Source: Epithemia pelagica
Taxonomy: Eukaryota > Protista > Bacillariophyta
Assembly (NCBI GenBank): GCA_946965045.2
Contig: OX337229.1
Coordinates: 1,984,001-2,048,000, forward strand
DNA: 64,000 bases
Direction: 5' to 3'
In this document: positions 35,501 through 45,507 of the stretch, piece after piece
How the letters are laid out: each line of letters starts with the position of its first letter
Numbering within the stretch: position 1 is the first letter of the stretch
Notes under the pieces: model-generated
Told to the model about the DNA's origin: nothing
The model's input: the letters and a program-made list of their open reading frames with translations, nothing else
Databases searched by the model: none
Made by a program: the position numbers and the translations under genes

Positions 35501-35784
35501 ATTTGCACCAGCAATCGGAGTTTTTCCTCTCTCCGATTAAGGTCTTTTTCATCCGTCTCCTGGCTGTATCCGGTCGTACCCGCTTGGGCTTTCTCTCCTT
35601 CGGAGGTCTGAATGTTCAAGCAAGAAAGTTTCATTGTCGGCGATGGCGCTGGCGGCGAAGATGGTTGCGATGTTGGCACCTGGGGAGTTTCTTGGTTCGC
35701 GGGTTGGCGGCTCAAAGAAACTGAGCACAGGGCTTGTTCAACTGCTTCCGTATCGATCGACACGCTTTTGTGGAGCATTGTCAT
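32581..35784 (-). CDS. Penelope-like reverse transcriptase + GIY-YIG endonuclease, intact 1067 aa
   Basis: VSVDAEAMYPSI, GLTIGGYES, YRDDGL; CNCR..CP..GRC linker; VVYRA..KQYIGNTQQ..KRLQQH; CKLCAKERLEI. Confidence 0.95.
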   Translation of the reverse strand: MTMLHKSVSIDTEAVEQALCSVSLSRQPANQETPQVPTSQPSSPPAPSPTMKLSCLNIQTSEGEKAQAGTTGYSQETDEKDLNRREEKLRLLVQMLAVEVSERFVPAPSEDERTIDAINGIGDFKTRCRWAEYWRNEHKDRVETEQAVWASYYHNSPTLLSNSQWDRSLMDPEWQWPDPFSGKNYEEELEDDAKDLFKSGLNSGAKPENKKKSAPVGSNELECFLKQVEEAIIAESLSNKKTRNVSKLSLEIKDLLKQLKEHDLVVIPTDKTNSFTIMSTGEYSKEINKHLAKSAVKIDRSRLTEIVDNCFSFIQELDPFLSTNERNFLKEKIQSKAIPYPKILVKDHKKAGPDGNYPTRLVVPLTNFTAGFPKIGYLGIKNLFKEHNIEYGQRNIVQASDLKEKLKQLPFDFSNSTIVSVDAEAMYPSIKFQLIYDAVIYYAEALPPETHRTINLCLNLIYFGMTNTLIAFKDEYYLYDGDLKPEERGLTIGGYESAWLADLVMSFLLEATYDSIHDPMHYFGMYRDDGLAVFKGQLSTKQIQDWLKAFQTNINDVAGNEFLKFTAVIWDPTNLHDPETIESPSTTIAKSESFPFLDMEMFWNSNSKLSFKVHLKENQQLKYLNKGSAHTPGCFKAIPSGVFKRLTRLTSLDDDNTNCKLSELYPTHFEALNNAKLIKPEQVPTLGESKEKMAKEKEDTASQALKKRRERDRKRAIYFKIGFTDFWRKPIHKVIKEIKSKFPSLSWLRISMSYHRFNNIRKLFQGDLNSKLADGLNSLDFEDLDCNCRNREACPHSGRCRRSIVVYRATYLQTGKQYIGNTQQHVKKRLQQHAQDVKALVLQNKQSDSFASHFACFVPRGIEKKEIKQHIKLKVDILWQGKPLSTVKTFGTRNCKLCAKERLEILKFTRKNPKLAINKCNEVYGACRHKPRFHRFKNNKTTSTDESDDDERVLLCRPISTTLASSRSSVFSWTTSSSISPTNLSTANDDMDQGTDMRSESIIDAIPPMSYQERRRRGLQARFAFSTPKDTPPVLIVDDGNLEELPIVDALTTDVVDNGDRVRVDVD

Positions 35785-35855
35785 TGTCGGCAGGATCCTT
35801 TCTTGGATTGGAATTCGGAACCACGGTGGGGCGAGTCAGCTTCCTTAGGTGTATA

Positions 35856-36039
35856 TCAAATTGGATAAACAGCAAAGAGTGTGGAGGCTAGTTTAGGTTT
35901 TTCTATCCAAAGATTTTGGAGTGGTCTACTTCCCACTCGCTAACTCGCACGCCAGCAAGCCACTTCGGATGGACTAATCTACATCCACTCGCACCCGGTC
36001 GCCGTTATCAACTACATCGGTGGTCAGGGCATCAACGAT
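35856..36039 (-). repeat. Intact 5' pseudo-LTR of the Penelope-like element
   Basis: Direct repeat of the ORF 3' end and downstream sequence; all three copies end at the same TCAAATTGG boundary. Confidence 0.9.
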
Positions 36040-36968
36040 TGTCACTGAACTAGAAACCCTCCGATTGCGGGGGTACCTCCCGTCTGCTGTCCATACGGTT
36101 ATTCCCAAATTTTCCTAAAAAATGTAAAAATTATTTCATTCAAATTTCTTTTGATTTAGCACGTTATAGAAGTAGAACACTCCAAAATCTTTGGATAGAA
36201 AAACCTAAACTAGCCTCCACACTCTTTGCTGTTTATCCAATTTGATTATTATAACGTCCAAGCCAACTGTAATAACTGGCTTCGCCCTATTGTGTAGCCG
36301 CTTGCGCTCATGAATGGGAAACAGGAACCGTGAGCCGTGAGACTTGACGAGACATGCACAGAGAAATCTACAAGCCCATTTTGTACTCTAAAGTCTATAC
36401 TGTTTCAGAAGCGAGTACTCTTTACGTAGTAGTGGATCAAGCTTCACGGAATCATCACACGCACACCATGAAATACACACACATGGTGCAATGCACCTCT
36501 AGGAGTATCAACACAAGCTCCTGGCACTTTGTCTATGGGAAAGATAAAAGCATAGTCCACTACTAGTTTAGGCTTCCTGCTTCCTGGGCTTACATACCCC
36601 ATGATGACGCTGTCAAACCTTCGCTTCATCATTGCAGTGGTTGATTGTCATGTTTTATGTTGTCATCCGTCCTTTGATGTATTCCGCCTTCACTTGTGAT
36701 CTAGGTGGATGGTTTTGGCCATAAAGTTGTCGCTGTGTTCGTTCGTACGGCTGGATGGTTTTCTTTTGGTTTTTGGTGTGCTCATGGTCGTCTTTTGTGG
36801 TGTTGCTGGAAAAGTGAGACGATTCTTGGCCCTTGTGCCAGCAATACAAGGCGTGACCGGCGCGTCTATTTCGAACGATCGAAGGGAGGCTGGCGATATC
36901 ACCCGGCTGGCGCTTTGGGAAAAAATACGAGACAATTTTTTTCCTTTCGGATGACGGACGAACAAAGG

Positions 36969-37127
36969 TCCCCCCAATCGCACCCTAAAAATAGATATAC
37001 TTTACTTAATATTCGAATATATAGGAAGAGATTGGGGGTTAGGGGTTAAGGTTAGGGCACAGCTCTTTCAGATTCTCCCGTGCCTACATTGCTACCCCAC
37101 GAAATTAGGGATAACCCTAACCCTAAA
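36969..37127. repeat. Interstitial telomere-like repeats in inverted arrangement
   Basis: GGGGGTTAGGGGTTAAGGTTAGGG (37034-37057) faces TAACCCTAACCCTAAA (37112-37127); CCCCCAATC/GATTGGGGG inverted pair upstream. Confidence 0.75.
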
Positions 37128-38195
37128 TATATTTCAGATAAATTTTTAATTTTTGTCAAGCAAAAATAAATAAATTTATTCAATTTAATAGAAAATATAT
37201 ATGCAGACGGAGAGGAAGAACGAGACGAAGCGAAACAACGAAGTGAACTACAAAGAGGACTACAGCACCGACGACGAAGCCAACGGCGGCATCCTCGGCA
37301 TTCCTGAGCATCCGTGTCACATGGTCACGCCGATGGGGCGCGACGCGGACCCACCATGGGCAATACTGGCTGAAAACAGAAACGCCATGGTTCAACCACG
37401 ACCGAAATGCCGATCCGGCGCAACCGCACCCCCACCAATCGGGCAAAACCACATGGATTGCATGGCGACCCACCCTTGGACCATGGAAACACTGCATGGT
37501 CTGCGAAAAACCAAACGAAACAAACACGCCGCAAAGCACCACCATGGTGCCCCCAACAAACCGCCGCTGGCCAAAAACCCCAACCCCAACGGACAGCCAG
37601 ACCCGCACCCAGCCACGACACACTGCAGAACCAACTCTCACACAAGACCGAGTACCACCAAACCAACAGGGACACCTTTCCTGCCACACCACCAACCAAC
37701 AGACTCCCAGCCGAGGATCCAGCAGATCCAAACCTCAACCAAGCCAGAGCACCATCCAACTTCAACGAGACAGAGCAACAAGATCCACCCCTCAACCACA
37801 ACAAACAGACCGGGCCACCACGCCAGCGAAGAACCTGGATCCAACCACCGCCTACTCCTTCAAGACATGCCCAACCCGAACAACCGTATCAACCTCCACC
37901 GTACAATGCGATCCACCGCTACGCAGACGGAATTCGACACCACGGGGACGACAGCCAGCTTCCAACACAGCTGTCCCATGCCAAACCACAACAACGAGGC
38001 AGATGATCACCCGGCCCTCAAAGCAACACGTCACCACCAATCGACGAAAACTAGTCAAAGAGAAATGACCAATCAACGCTCATTCCGTGAAAACCCCAGT
38101 TTTCAACAAGAGTCCCGAGCAGAAGCAAGAACCCAGCAGCCAGCCCCTCCATCTCAACGATGCAACTCCACTCAAAACCGACCGCCGGCCGTCAT

Positions 38196-38395
38196 NNNNN
38201 NNNNNNNNNNNNNNNNNNNNNNNNNNNNNNNNNNNNNNNNNNNNNNNNNNNNNNNNNNNNNNNNNNNNNNNNNNNNNNNNNNNNNNNNNNNNNNNNNNNN
38301 NNNNNNNNNNNNNNNNNNNNNNNNNNNNNNNNNNNNNNNNNNNNNNNNNNNNNNNNNNNNNNNNNNNNNNNNNNNNNNNNNNNNNNNNNNNNNNN
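38196..38395. other. Assembly gap (200 N)
   Basis: Run of N inside the retrotransposon 5' region. Confidence 1.
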
Positions 38396-38990
38396 CCCCC
38401 ACTGACACGAACAGCAGCCCAACCAGTTACTACAACAACCACGAGAACGACCAGAACCACCAGCCAACAAACAACCACAACGAAACCAACGAACCGGTTA
38501 ACGACAACGACGACCCCAGGGGCAACCCCAACGAAGAACCCGAGTACAACAACAACACCAACGGAGGAACAACCACATCGACTCCCTCTCCAACCCATAC
38601 CGAAAGAAAAACCCAACCAAACGAGAGCCCCCTCTCCTGAACCGGCCATCCTCTTCCACATCCACGTGGCAGTTAACCACCACCAGAACCATCAGGTTGA
38701 GTCCAGCCTCCCGCGACTCACCGAACAATCGTTAAAATACCACCTCAACGAAGTCTTCGCTCACCACCGGAAGCGTGAAGAACCCATGTGGCTCCAAGTC
38801 CACACCGTCGATTTCATCGAAACAAAGCAGTCGGGCAGGTACAGCCCACGCCAAAACCAAGGAGAAAACAACCGAAACAAAACAACGGCCACACCTCGAC
38901 GTTCCACGTCACACTGTCGCCCGCACCCGAAAACGACGCCTTTGATTCCGACGTCTTCTACGAACAAGGCCTTCGTTTCGTTCTTCAGAT

Positions 38991-40553
38991 GTGGCACCGT
39001 CATCACGTCGACGATTTCATCTTCGACGATACGGCGACCAGAACATCCTCCGTCCCGGCACACGGCAATCCAACCCAACCATCAATCCCCGATATGACCA
39101 GATAAATGCGTACCAACCCGCGTGCAACAACCGCACCAGTGACACATTCGGAATCATCGTGGGCGTCCCCGCCCAAACCGTGAAACATCGCCGCGCAGCA
39201 CTGGATCTGACGGACGGAATCCAGAGGTCCCTGACGGCACACCTCCCACGCAAACTCAACGACATGTCGTTCTACGACCACATCGGCATCCGAGCGGGTA
39301 CGTTCAGTGGAGAACTCAAATCGAAACAAAGAGGTCAGGTGCCAGTCATCTACGTCACCGCCTCATCAAGGATTAACTTCGAGACATTACTCAGGAGCTA
39401 CAACGCATTCCAACAGGCGAATCGCAACACGGAAATCACATGGAACGACAACAAAGTGCAACTCATTCCAATGCCGAAGACTCAGGCAAACCGAACAACA
39501 ACGCTGGAAGCCCTCAAAGATATAGACCAGTTCTATGGGGCCTGTGTAAAAATCCGCCTCAGGCCGATCAACCATGAAGCAACCGACGGAGAATGGGCCC
39601 AACTCAGGCACATCCGAGAATACGTGGCGGTGTTCCCCGAATACGACAACCTTGACCCATCCGCCCAATATTACACCCTGTATCTAAGGGCCACCCCAGA
39701 TACTCACCACCTGACAACAAACACGATCAGGCAGCACCCCCAGTTTCCAACAAACATTCTCCTACCAACATTGGCGGCAGTCGCGGCGACTCCCCCCCGC
39801 CAACAAAATAACAACCAAGAAGCGTCCACACCATCCTCCTCCTCCCACACCAACCGACTCCTCGCCTTTACCAACCGACTCTTGCGGCGAAAACATAGCT
39901 CCCTGGCCGACGACCACGACAACCACGACAACGTACCGAACACACCAACCACTCATCCACAAAACAACTCCTTGGAAACCCCTCCGCCAAACAAACGAAG
40001 TGCCTCCTCCATGCAGGACACGGACGAAAACGAAGTCGACGACCCATATGACGACAAGGCAGACTGGACGACCATAGCCGCCCATGCCTTCCACCACAAC
40101 GACCCAGCAGAACAACCAGAAGAGGACTCAAAACCACCGGCACAACAAAACCAATTCGCCCCACTGGCAGAGCAACTCTTCGACTACGATGACCACAACC
40201 ATGATGACAAAATGGAAACAGAAGAAGACGACGATCGCTCCCGGTCCCTCATCCCTGACGACCAAGAAGACGAAGCCACCGACGTGGACAACAACAACGA
40301 ACAACAACATTCGGCCGCAACCGGACACGAAATCGAACTCATCGTTCAATACGTTCGACACAACAGACCGTCGCGACTACCAGAACTCACAGAGTACCTG
40401 GCACAAACAAAATCATTTTCGAATGATAAAGATGCGAAAGACGCATGGCGATACGCACAGTCTCTGGTACAGACTGACGATCGCCACGTCGCTGGCCCCC
40501 GCACCAGCCATGACGTCCCACATGGAAAATGGGCCAAAGGGCCAAATGAGTAA
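38991..40553 (+). CDS. Retrotransposon ORF1 (3' part; the 5' part is probably frameshifted and extends upstream toward ~37201)
   Basis: Globular-looking segment (FGIIVGVP...VPVIYVTAS...CVKIRLRP...YTLYL) followed by an acidic tail; the stop overlaps the ORF2 start (ATGAGTAA). Confidence 0.55.
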   Translation: MAPSSRRRFHLRRYGDQNILRPGTRQSNPTINPRYDQINAYQPACNNRTSDTFGIIVGVPAQTVKHRRAALDLTDGIQRSLTAHLPRKLNDMSFYDHIGIRAGTFSGELKSKQRGQVPVIYVTASSRINFETLLRSYNAFQQANRNTEITWNDNKVQLIPMPKTQANRTTTLEALKDIDQFYGACVKIRLRPINHEATDGEWAQLRHIREYVAVFPEYDNLDPSAQYYTLYLRATPDTHHLTTNTIRQHPQFPTNILLPTLAAVAATPPRQQNNNQEASTPSSSSHTNRLLAFTNRLLRRKHSSLADDHDNHDNVPNTPTTHPQNNSLETPPPNKRSASSMQDTDENEVDDPYDDKADWTTIAAHAFHHNDPAEQPEEDSKPPAQQNQFAPLAEQLFDYDDHNHDDKMETEEDDDRSRSLIPDDQEDEATDVDNNNEQQHSAATGHEIELIVQYVRHNRPSRLPELTEYLAQTKSFSNDKDAKDAWRYAQSLVQTDDRHVAGPRTSHDVPHGKWAKGPNE

Positions 40554-43500
40554 GACGAGGAATCCCGTCCACTGCCCAGTACCTGACTGCCACTGGACAG
40601 TGCCTCCCAATACACACAAACCACATGCTGCTATGAAGCAACATATCATTACCGAACACAACGACACCCACCCGTCGGATTACATGACACCAAAATACTG
40701 CCATCAACACGGCTTCCATCTATGCCGGAAATGCGATACACCCACGGCCATATTCAACACACAGGGCCACCTAAGACAACACATAACAAAGAAACATAGT
40801 AGGTCCCAAACGAACATTCAACTAGTTCTTAACACCTACAGACATTTAACCACTGAAACCGAAAACAATTGGAAACAGAGCTTGGCCTTCCTCCATCGAC
40901 TGGACCCAACACCACCACCATTCCGACGAACCATCTGGCACAAAGTCAAACCACCTCTACGAGCAGAGTACTACACAGTATACAACAATGTCGCAAACTG
41001 GGTCATTGAGGCAACACCACCGTTGGCGCCAGCAATACTCAAAGACGACCAACCAGCACAACACGACACCGACTCAACACCATTCTGGAAACTGCTAACC
41101 ATTTTGGAGGCCCTCCTCCTAGCACCAACGAAGAACACGGTCCATCTGACACACTCCAACGCCTTCCGAGCACGACTGGCAATGCTCAAACAAGGCCGGT
41201 TACAAGAGCTTTACGATGTGGTCTGGAATCCACCTCCACTGCCAAAACTGAAAGGCCGAAAAAAAGAACATAAAAAGAAACAACAACAACGTCAACAACG
41301 ACACCCAAACCCACCAACGGACAACTCCCTGCAACCATGGCAACTCAAGGCAGCCCAAGAGACAGCCAACTTGGGAAACTACAGAGCGGCCCTCAAAAAA
41401 CTCACCACCAACACCCCCACAGCCACGCTCACCCCTCCAAGAATCCAAAGATGTAAAACAGAACTGTTCCCAAACCGACGACAACCACCCCCAACAACGA
41501 GATCCCAAGGACAAGAACCCAACATGCCGCCACCAGCAGCACAATTCCTACAACTCGAAGACGGCCCATTCGAGCTCGCCCTGCGACAAATGAAACCCGG
41601 CACCGCCTCCGGTCCATTCGCAAACTGCACAGACACGATTGTGTCAATGGCCCTGCACCGGACAACCCGAGCGCCAGATTCCACAAGACCATACTTCGGT
41701 ACAATCAAGGCACTCATGCAACTAGTGGTAACGGCACAAGTTCCACCTCCCATCCAAACCATCCTCGCGAGCAATTATTTCCTTGCTCTCCACAAGGATC
41801 TAAACAACCTCGAAAAACTGCGGCCCATCGGCATCGGTACAGCCATCCGGAGAGTGGCGGCCAAAACAGCACTGGTCCATCTAACAGAGGACATCAAACC
41901 CATCCTTTTGAAGGGCGGCCAGTACAGAATCCAGATCCCAGGGGGAGTGGACTTCGTAGCACAAACAACAGCAATGGCGGTGAGACGATTCATCGACAGG
42001 AACCAAAACACAGACAACAACAACCAAACAATAGAACAAGACCAAAACCCACCGTCAAGAGCACTACTCTTACTCGATCTGACAAACATGTTCAACAATG
42101 TCAGCCGAACGGAGGCGAGAAAGATACTGCTGTCGGACGAAGCAACGACACCATTAGTCCCACTCTTTGACCTGTTAACCAACCACCCATGCAACTCTTG
42201 GTACTTCGACGAAAACAAACAAGCTCGGTACTTACTGCAAGAGGAAGGATTCCCACAGGGGTGTCCACTGAGTCCACTCTTCTCCTGCATCGTTTTACTA
42301 GCATTAACCACCCGCCTGAACAAAGAACAGGCCCAAAGAGCGTCAGAGCGAAAGCAAAACGGAGACCCCCACGATGACGGTAAAGGAGGAATCGCCCATA
42401 CCGCTTCGATCATGGACGATACGTCCATCTGCCTTCCACACTGTGACCTACCATGGTTCCTAACAAGGTTCAAAGAACTGGGAGAACCGCTGGGAATCAT
42501 CCTTAACCACGAGAAAACCAAAATTCTCTCATCCACAAGCCATTCTTCACCCATGGAAAACCTCAGCCCTGACAACCAAGCATACCTCCAAGAAGCACTA
42601 TCATTCCTCTCGGCCTCAAACCCGCCAAGCGCAGAAATCACCAGTGGCGTCCGATTCCTCGGACAACCAATCGGATCAAGCACATTCGCCAAAAAATACA
42701 TTGAGGGAAAACTTCACAAGTTAGAAAACAACCTCAACAAACTGCACCAACTTGACAACTTACAAACGCGAAACGCTTTGTTTAAATTCTCCATGGTAGC
42801 ATCGCTGCTCCATCTCCTGCCTTCGGATATCACTTTGGCCCACCCCAAGACCAATCCAAGAAGCACACTGTGGAAAAGTCCCACCACCGACAAAACGGAA
42901 GAACTCATTAGACATTTCCTGGCAAAAATCTCTGGAATCCCGGAAGACAACCTACCAACACCATCGGCTCTCATCTCGTCCCTCCCACAACGACTCGGTG
43001 GTTTGGGGTACCAACATGCCGCAGCGGCAGCATACCCAAGACTTATGACGCAAACCGCAAGAGCCATCTCAATGGCCGGCTCAACCGAAACCCCCATCCC
43101 AGAAGTCCATCGCCAACCATTCCAAAACTGGGAGGAAAACCCGAGCCCAGAGCTCACCAACTTCCGAAAGGCACTGTCCTTGTTTGCCAACGAACTCGCC
43201 GAAGAGGCACTCTACGTGCCCAGTAGATACGACACCGAGACACACAACAGATTGATGAACCACACGCTCAGAGAACACGTGGTACCGAGAATCTTCACCG
43301 ACACTCCACCGGAGCAACGGATCTTCCTTCCATCGGTATTGTCACCCCTAACCAGCATGGCATTCACGTTGCCACTCACCGCCAGCCAATTTCGCATCGA
43401 AAACAGCGTTTTCAAAACCGCTCTGAAACGTAAATTGCGTCTGCCACTCTTTATCCCACAACAGCACCAACATATACCACTCCGATGCCGTTGCTCTTCC

Positions 43501-44391
43501 AACAAACGGCTCGACCCAACAGGAGATCACCTGTACTCGTGCAGCGCGGCATCGAAAACACCGCTCTCGAATGCAATTCGGGACACGCTCTTCGATGTGT
43601 TAAAACAAGTAGCTCCAGCAGCAAGAACAGTCGAATCGGTCCACGATGTCCATGTAGAACCACCTGGACTGGCTCCCGGCCACCATCGCAACATCAGACC
43701 CGCAGACGTTGGATTGCTACTTCGTCAGCCACACAAGAACAGACATTTCCAATACCTTGCCTTGGACATAACCATCCCACCTCCTCAACAGCCTCAGGCC
43801 ATCCTTGACCCGTCCGACCATGAAAAAATTGCCGCATCGGCTTCCAGGACGCATCAAGAAGCCGCCAGAGACAAGTTTTGTCGAGACCCAACGACCGCCC
43901 AACACCTTTTGCAGAACGGTGTCTACCTGCTTCCGTTTACGGTCGATCACTTAGGCTCCCTTGGATCCTTCGCGGACAACTTCCTGTTTCCATCAAGTCA
44001 CCACCCATACAATTTCTCCACCGCCCAACCACCAGCATGGGACAACCCAAACTTCGGTAAAGACACAAGACGAAGCCATCCACACCCACAGGCCTACGCC
44101 CTCTACCAAGAAGCAACGCATGCCCAATCCAACCTTCTGACGGCAGCAAACAGAGAAACCAAGCGCTTCAGTTACCCAGAAGCACAAATTCACTCCCTCG
44201 GCCACTATGCAAAGGCTTCCTTAAGCCACGCCATAGTGTCCAGCCTCGCCATTCATGCAAACAACAGCATGGCAGCCATCCGAGCAACGAACACGAAAAT
44301 TCGATTGAGAACCACACAATTACAAAATCTTGCAACCCCCAATTACGCACCTATTACTCCTATCTACTCCCCTGCCCCGGCGGCACACTAA
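40546..44391 (+). CDS. Retrotransposon ORF2: 2 C2H2 zinc fingers + reverse transcriptase + zinc knuckle + restriction-like endonuclease
   Basis: CPVPDC...HIITEH, CRKC...HITKKH; LRPIGIG, LLLDLTNMFN, GFPQGCPLSP, IMDDT; CRC...GDHLYSC; RPADV, ALDIT. Confidence 0.93.
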   Translation: MSKTRNPVHCPVPDCHWTVPPNTHKPHAAMKQHIITEHNDTHPSDYMTPKYCHQHGFHLCRKCDTPTAIFNTQGHLRQHITKKHSRSQTNIQLVLNTYRHLTTETENNWKQSLAFLHRLDPTPPPFRRTIWHKVKPPLRAEYYTVYNNVANWVIEATPPLAPAILKDDQPAQHDTDSTPFWKLLTILEALLLAPTKNTVHLTHSNAFRARLAMLKQGRLQELYDVVWNPPPLPKLKGRKKEHKKKQQQRQQRHPNPPTDNSLQPWQLKAAQETANLGNYRAALKKLTTNTPTATLTPPRIQRCKTELFPNRRQPPPTTRSQGQEPNMPPPAAQFLQLEDGPFELALRQMKPGTASGPFANCTDTIVSMALHRTTRAPDSTRPYFGTIKALMQLVVTAQVPPPIQTILASNYFLALHKDLNNLEKLRPIGIGTAIRRVAAKTALVHLTEDIKPILLKGGQYRIQIPGGVDFVAQTTAMAVRRFIDRNQNTDNNNQTIEQDQNPPSRALLLLDLTNMFNNVSRTEARKILLSDEATTPLVPLFDLLTNHPCNSWYFDENKQARYLLQEEGFPQGCPLSPLFSCIVLLALTTRLNKEQAQRASERKQNGDPHDDGKGGIAHTASIMDDTSICLPHCDLPWFLTRFKELGEPLGIILNHEKTKILSSTSHSSPMENLSPDNQAYLQEALSFLSASNPPSAEITSGVRFLGQPIGSSTFAKKYIEGKLHKLENNLNKLHQLDNLQTRNALFKFSMVASLLHLLPSDITLAHPKTNPRSTLWKSPTTDKTEELIRHFLAKISGIPEDNLPTPSALISSLPQRLGGLGYQHAAAAAYPRLMTQTARAISMAGSTETPIPEVHRQPFQNWEENPSPELTNFRKALSLFANELAEEALYVPSRYDTETHNRLMNHTLREHVVPRIFTDTPPEQRIFLPSVLSPLTSMAFTLPLTASQFRIENSVFKTALKRKLRLPLFIPQQHQHIPLRCRCSSNKRLDPTGDHLYSCSAASKTPLSNAIRDTLFDVLKQVAPAARTVESVHDVHVEPPGLAPGHHRNIRPADVGLLLRQPHKNRHFQYLALDITIPPPQQPQAILDPSDHEKIAASASRTHQEAARDKFCRDPTTAQHLLQNGVYLLPFTVDHLGSLGSFADNFLFPSSHHPYNFSTAQPPAWDNPNFGKDTRRSHPHPQAYALYQEATHAQSNLLTAANRETKRFSYPEAQIHSLGHYAKASLSHAIVSSLAIHANNSMAAIRATNTKIRLRTTQLQNLATPNYAPITPIYSPAPAAH

Positions 44392-45405
44392 CACAGACGG
44401 CGCCCCTCTCCTCTGCGAACTAGCCGCTTAGGAGTTCCATATACACGCATAGAATTGTAAAATAAAAGAAAAATATGCATAAATTGAATATTGCACAGCC
44501 CTGTGGAGACATGTGGATGATGTGATGAAAGAGTACGCTCGTAATGGATGCGAGACGTCTGGTTTTCGTTCTGCTTCCCATTTCCCATCACAGTTCATTC
44601 CGTGGAAGATACAGGAACTTACTTTGACACGACAGACTGAAAATCACGCCGAAGTTTATTGGAGAGGAGTTTTCGATCAAACCGTTGCACCTACATGGTC
44701 CATATCGTTAAACTGAAACCGAAAGTCCTTTCAACAAGAACTAAAACGCATCCCATGTACGATCCAAACAAGAAATAAAACGCAACCATCCAACTTCATC
44801 ACACATACGTTCCCAGTCGACACTTGTCGTCGTGAAACTCATCTTCCATGCTTTGCGCTGATAAAAAGGATCCTTGTATTCAAAACAAGCATCCATATCT
44901 TGATTTAACGCACACAAAATCAGAAATCGTCCCATTTCTCATACACGTAAGGTTGCTTATCAGGTTCCTATCCTTGTCAAGATCATGTTGTTTCGCCGAA
45001 GCTACAGTTGCTGGAGACGCCAAGGCAATGGCGCAGAGAGGAAGCATGAAATCAGCAAGCATGGTACTACACGATACAGATCATCCTCCACAACCAACTC
45101 CTTTCAAACGCAAAGTTGGGTTGAATTTCACGAACGCAATCATTCGGCCGCCTACGAATATTCTTGTGAAAATGAAAAACTCCTGCAACGCCTGCGACGT
45201 GGGTTCTGGAAGATTCAACGAAGGTACTAGTTCCAGATCATGTGGCATTTGGATGGCCACATTGTGTTTGAGAAAGAAGCCTTTAATACCCAAGAAAACG
45301 GAAACCCAAGGAAAGATGGCTGTATTGTGAAAAGTGATGAGAGAAAAGTCCATAGGACTGTCAGAGTTGATGCTTCTCGCCTGTTCATGTCATGATGTCT
45401 GTAAC

Positions 45406-45507
45406 GTTCGTTGTCTTTGAAGGACGCGCTAGCTGTCCTTTGTTTGAGTCTGGTTGGTTCGTTGTCTTTGAAGGACTCGCGAGCTGTCCTATGTTTGAGT
45501 CTGGTTG
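45406..45507. repeat. Tandem duplication, 2 x 51 bp
   Basis: GTTCGTTGTCTTTGAAGGAC...GCTGTCCT(T/A)TGTTTGAGTCTGGTTG at 45406 and 45457. Confidence 0.85.

Larger units (their letters stand above)
29826..36245 (-). mobile_element. Penelope-like retroelement with two direct pseudo-LTRs and an inverted partial pLTR; 3' pLTR interrupted by a DNA transposon
   Basis: A 184-bp repeat at 35856-36039 recurs as 29826-29882 + 32520-32646 (2 substitutions). An inverted 77-bp copy lies at 36169-36245. The RT + GIY-YIG ORF lies between them. Confidence 0.92.
37064..44492 (+). mobile_element. CRE-like non-LTR retrotransposon (RLE type), two ORFs, A+C-rich sense strand; boundaries approximate
   Basis: ORF2 RT+RLE; A-rich 3' end AAAATAAAAGAAAAA (~44458-44473); possible 7-bp duplication GCACAGC at 37057-37063 and 44493-44499. 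Confidence 0.8.

Noticed and set aside
29826-36245. One composite DNA transposon bounded by the inverted repeats at 29826 and 36245
   Set aside because: The same sequence occurs in direct orientation at 35856 as part of the pLTR, there is no TSD outside, and the real transposon ends and AAAG TSD lie internally.
35784-36245. Hammerhead ribozyme in the Penelope pLTR
   Set aside because: No CTGAnGA...GAAA core with stems on either strand by eye (CTGAACTAGAAAC at ~36045 does not fit); needs Infernal to exclude fully.
37180-38728. Many long overlapping ORFs on both strands, and ORFs spanning the N gap
   Set aside because: Artefacts of strand-biased composition (few stop codons) and of undefined bases.
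40084-40545. N-terminal ~150 aa of the 1435-aa ORF call
   Set aside because: It overlaps ORF1 in another frame and is low-complexity; the zinc-finger protein more plausibly starts at ATG 40546.
44516-44640. Possible C/D box snoRNA (ATGATG...CTGA) beside the retrotransposon 3' end
   Set aside because: No terminal stem or recognisable rRNA-complementary guide; the boxes are short enough to occur by chance.
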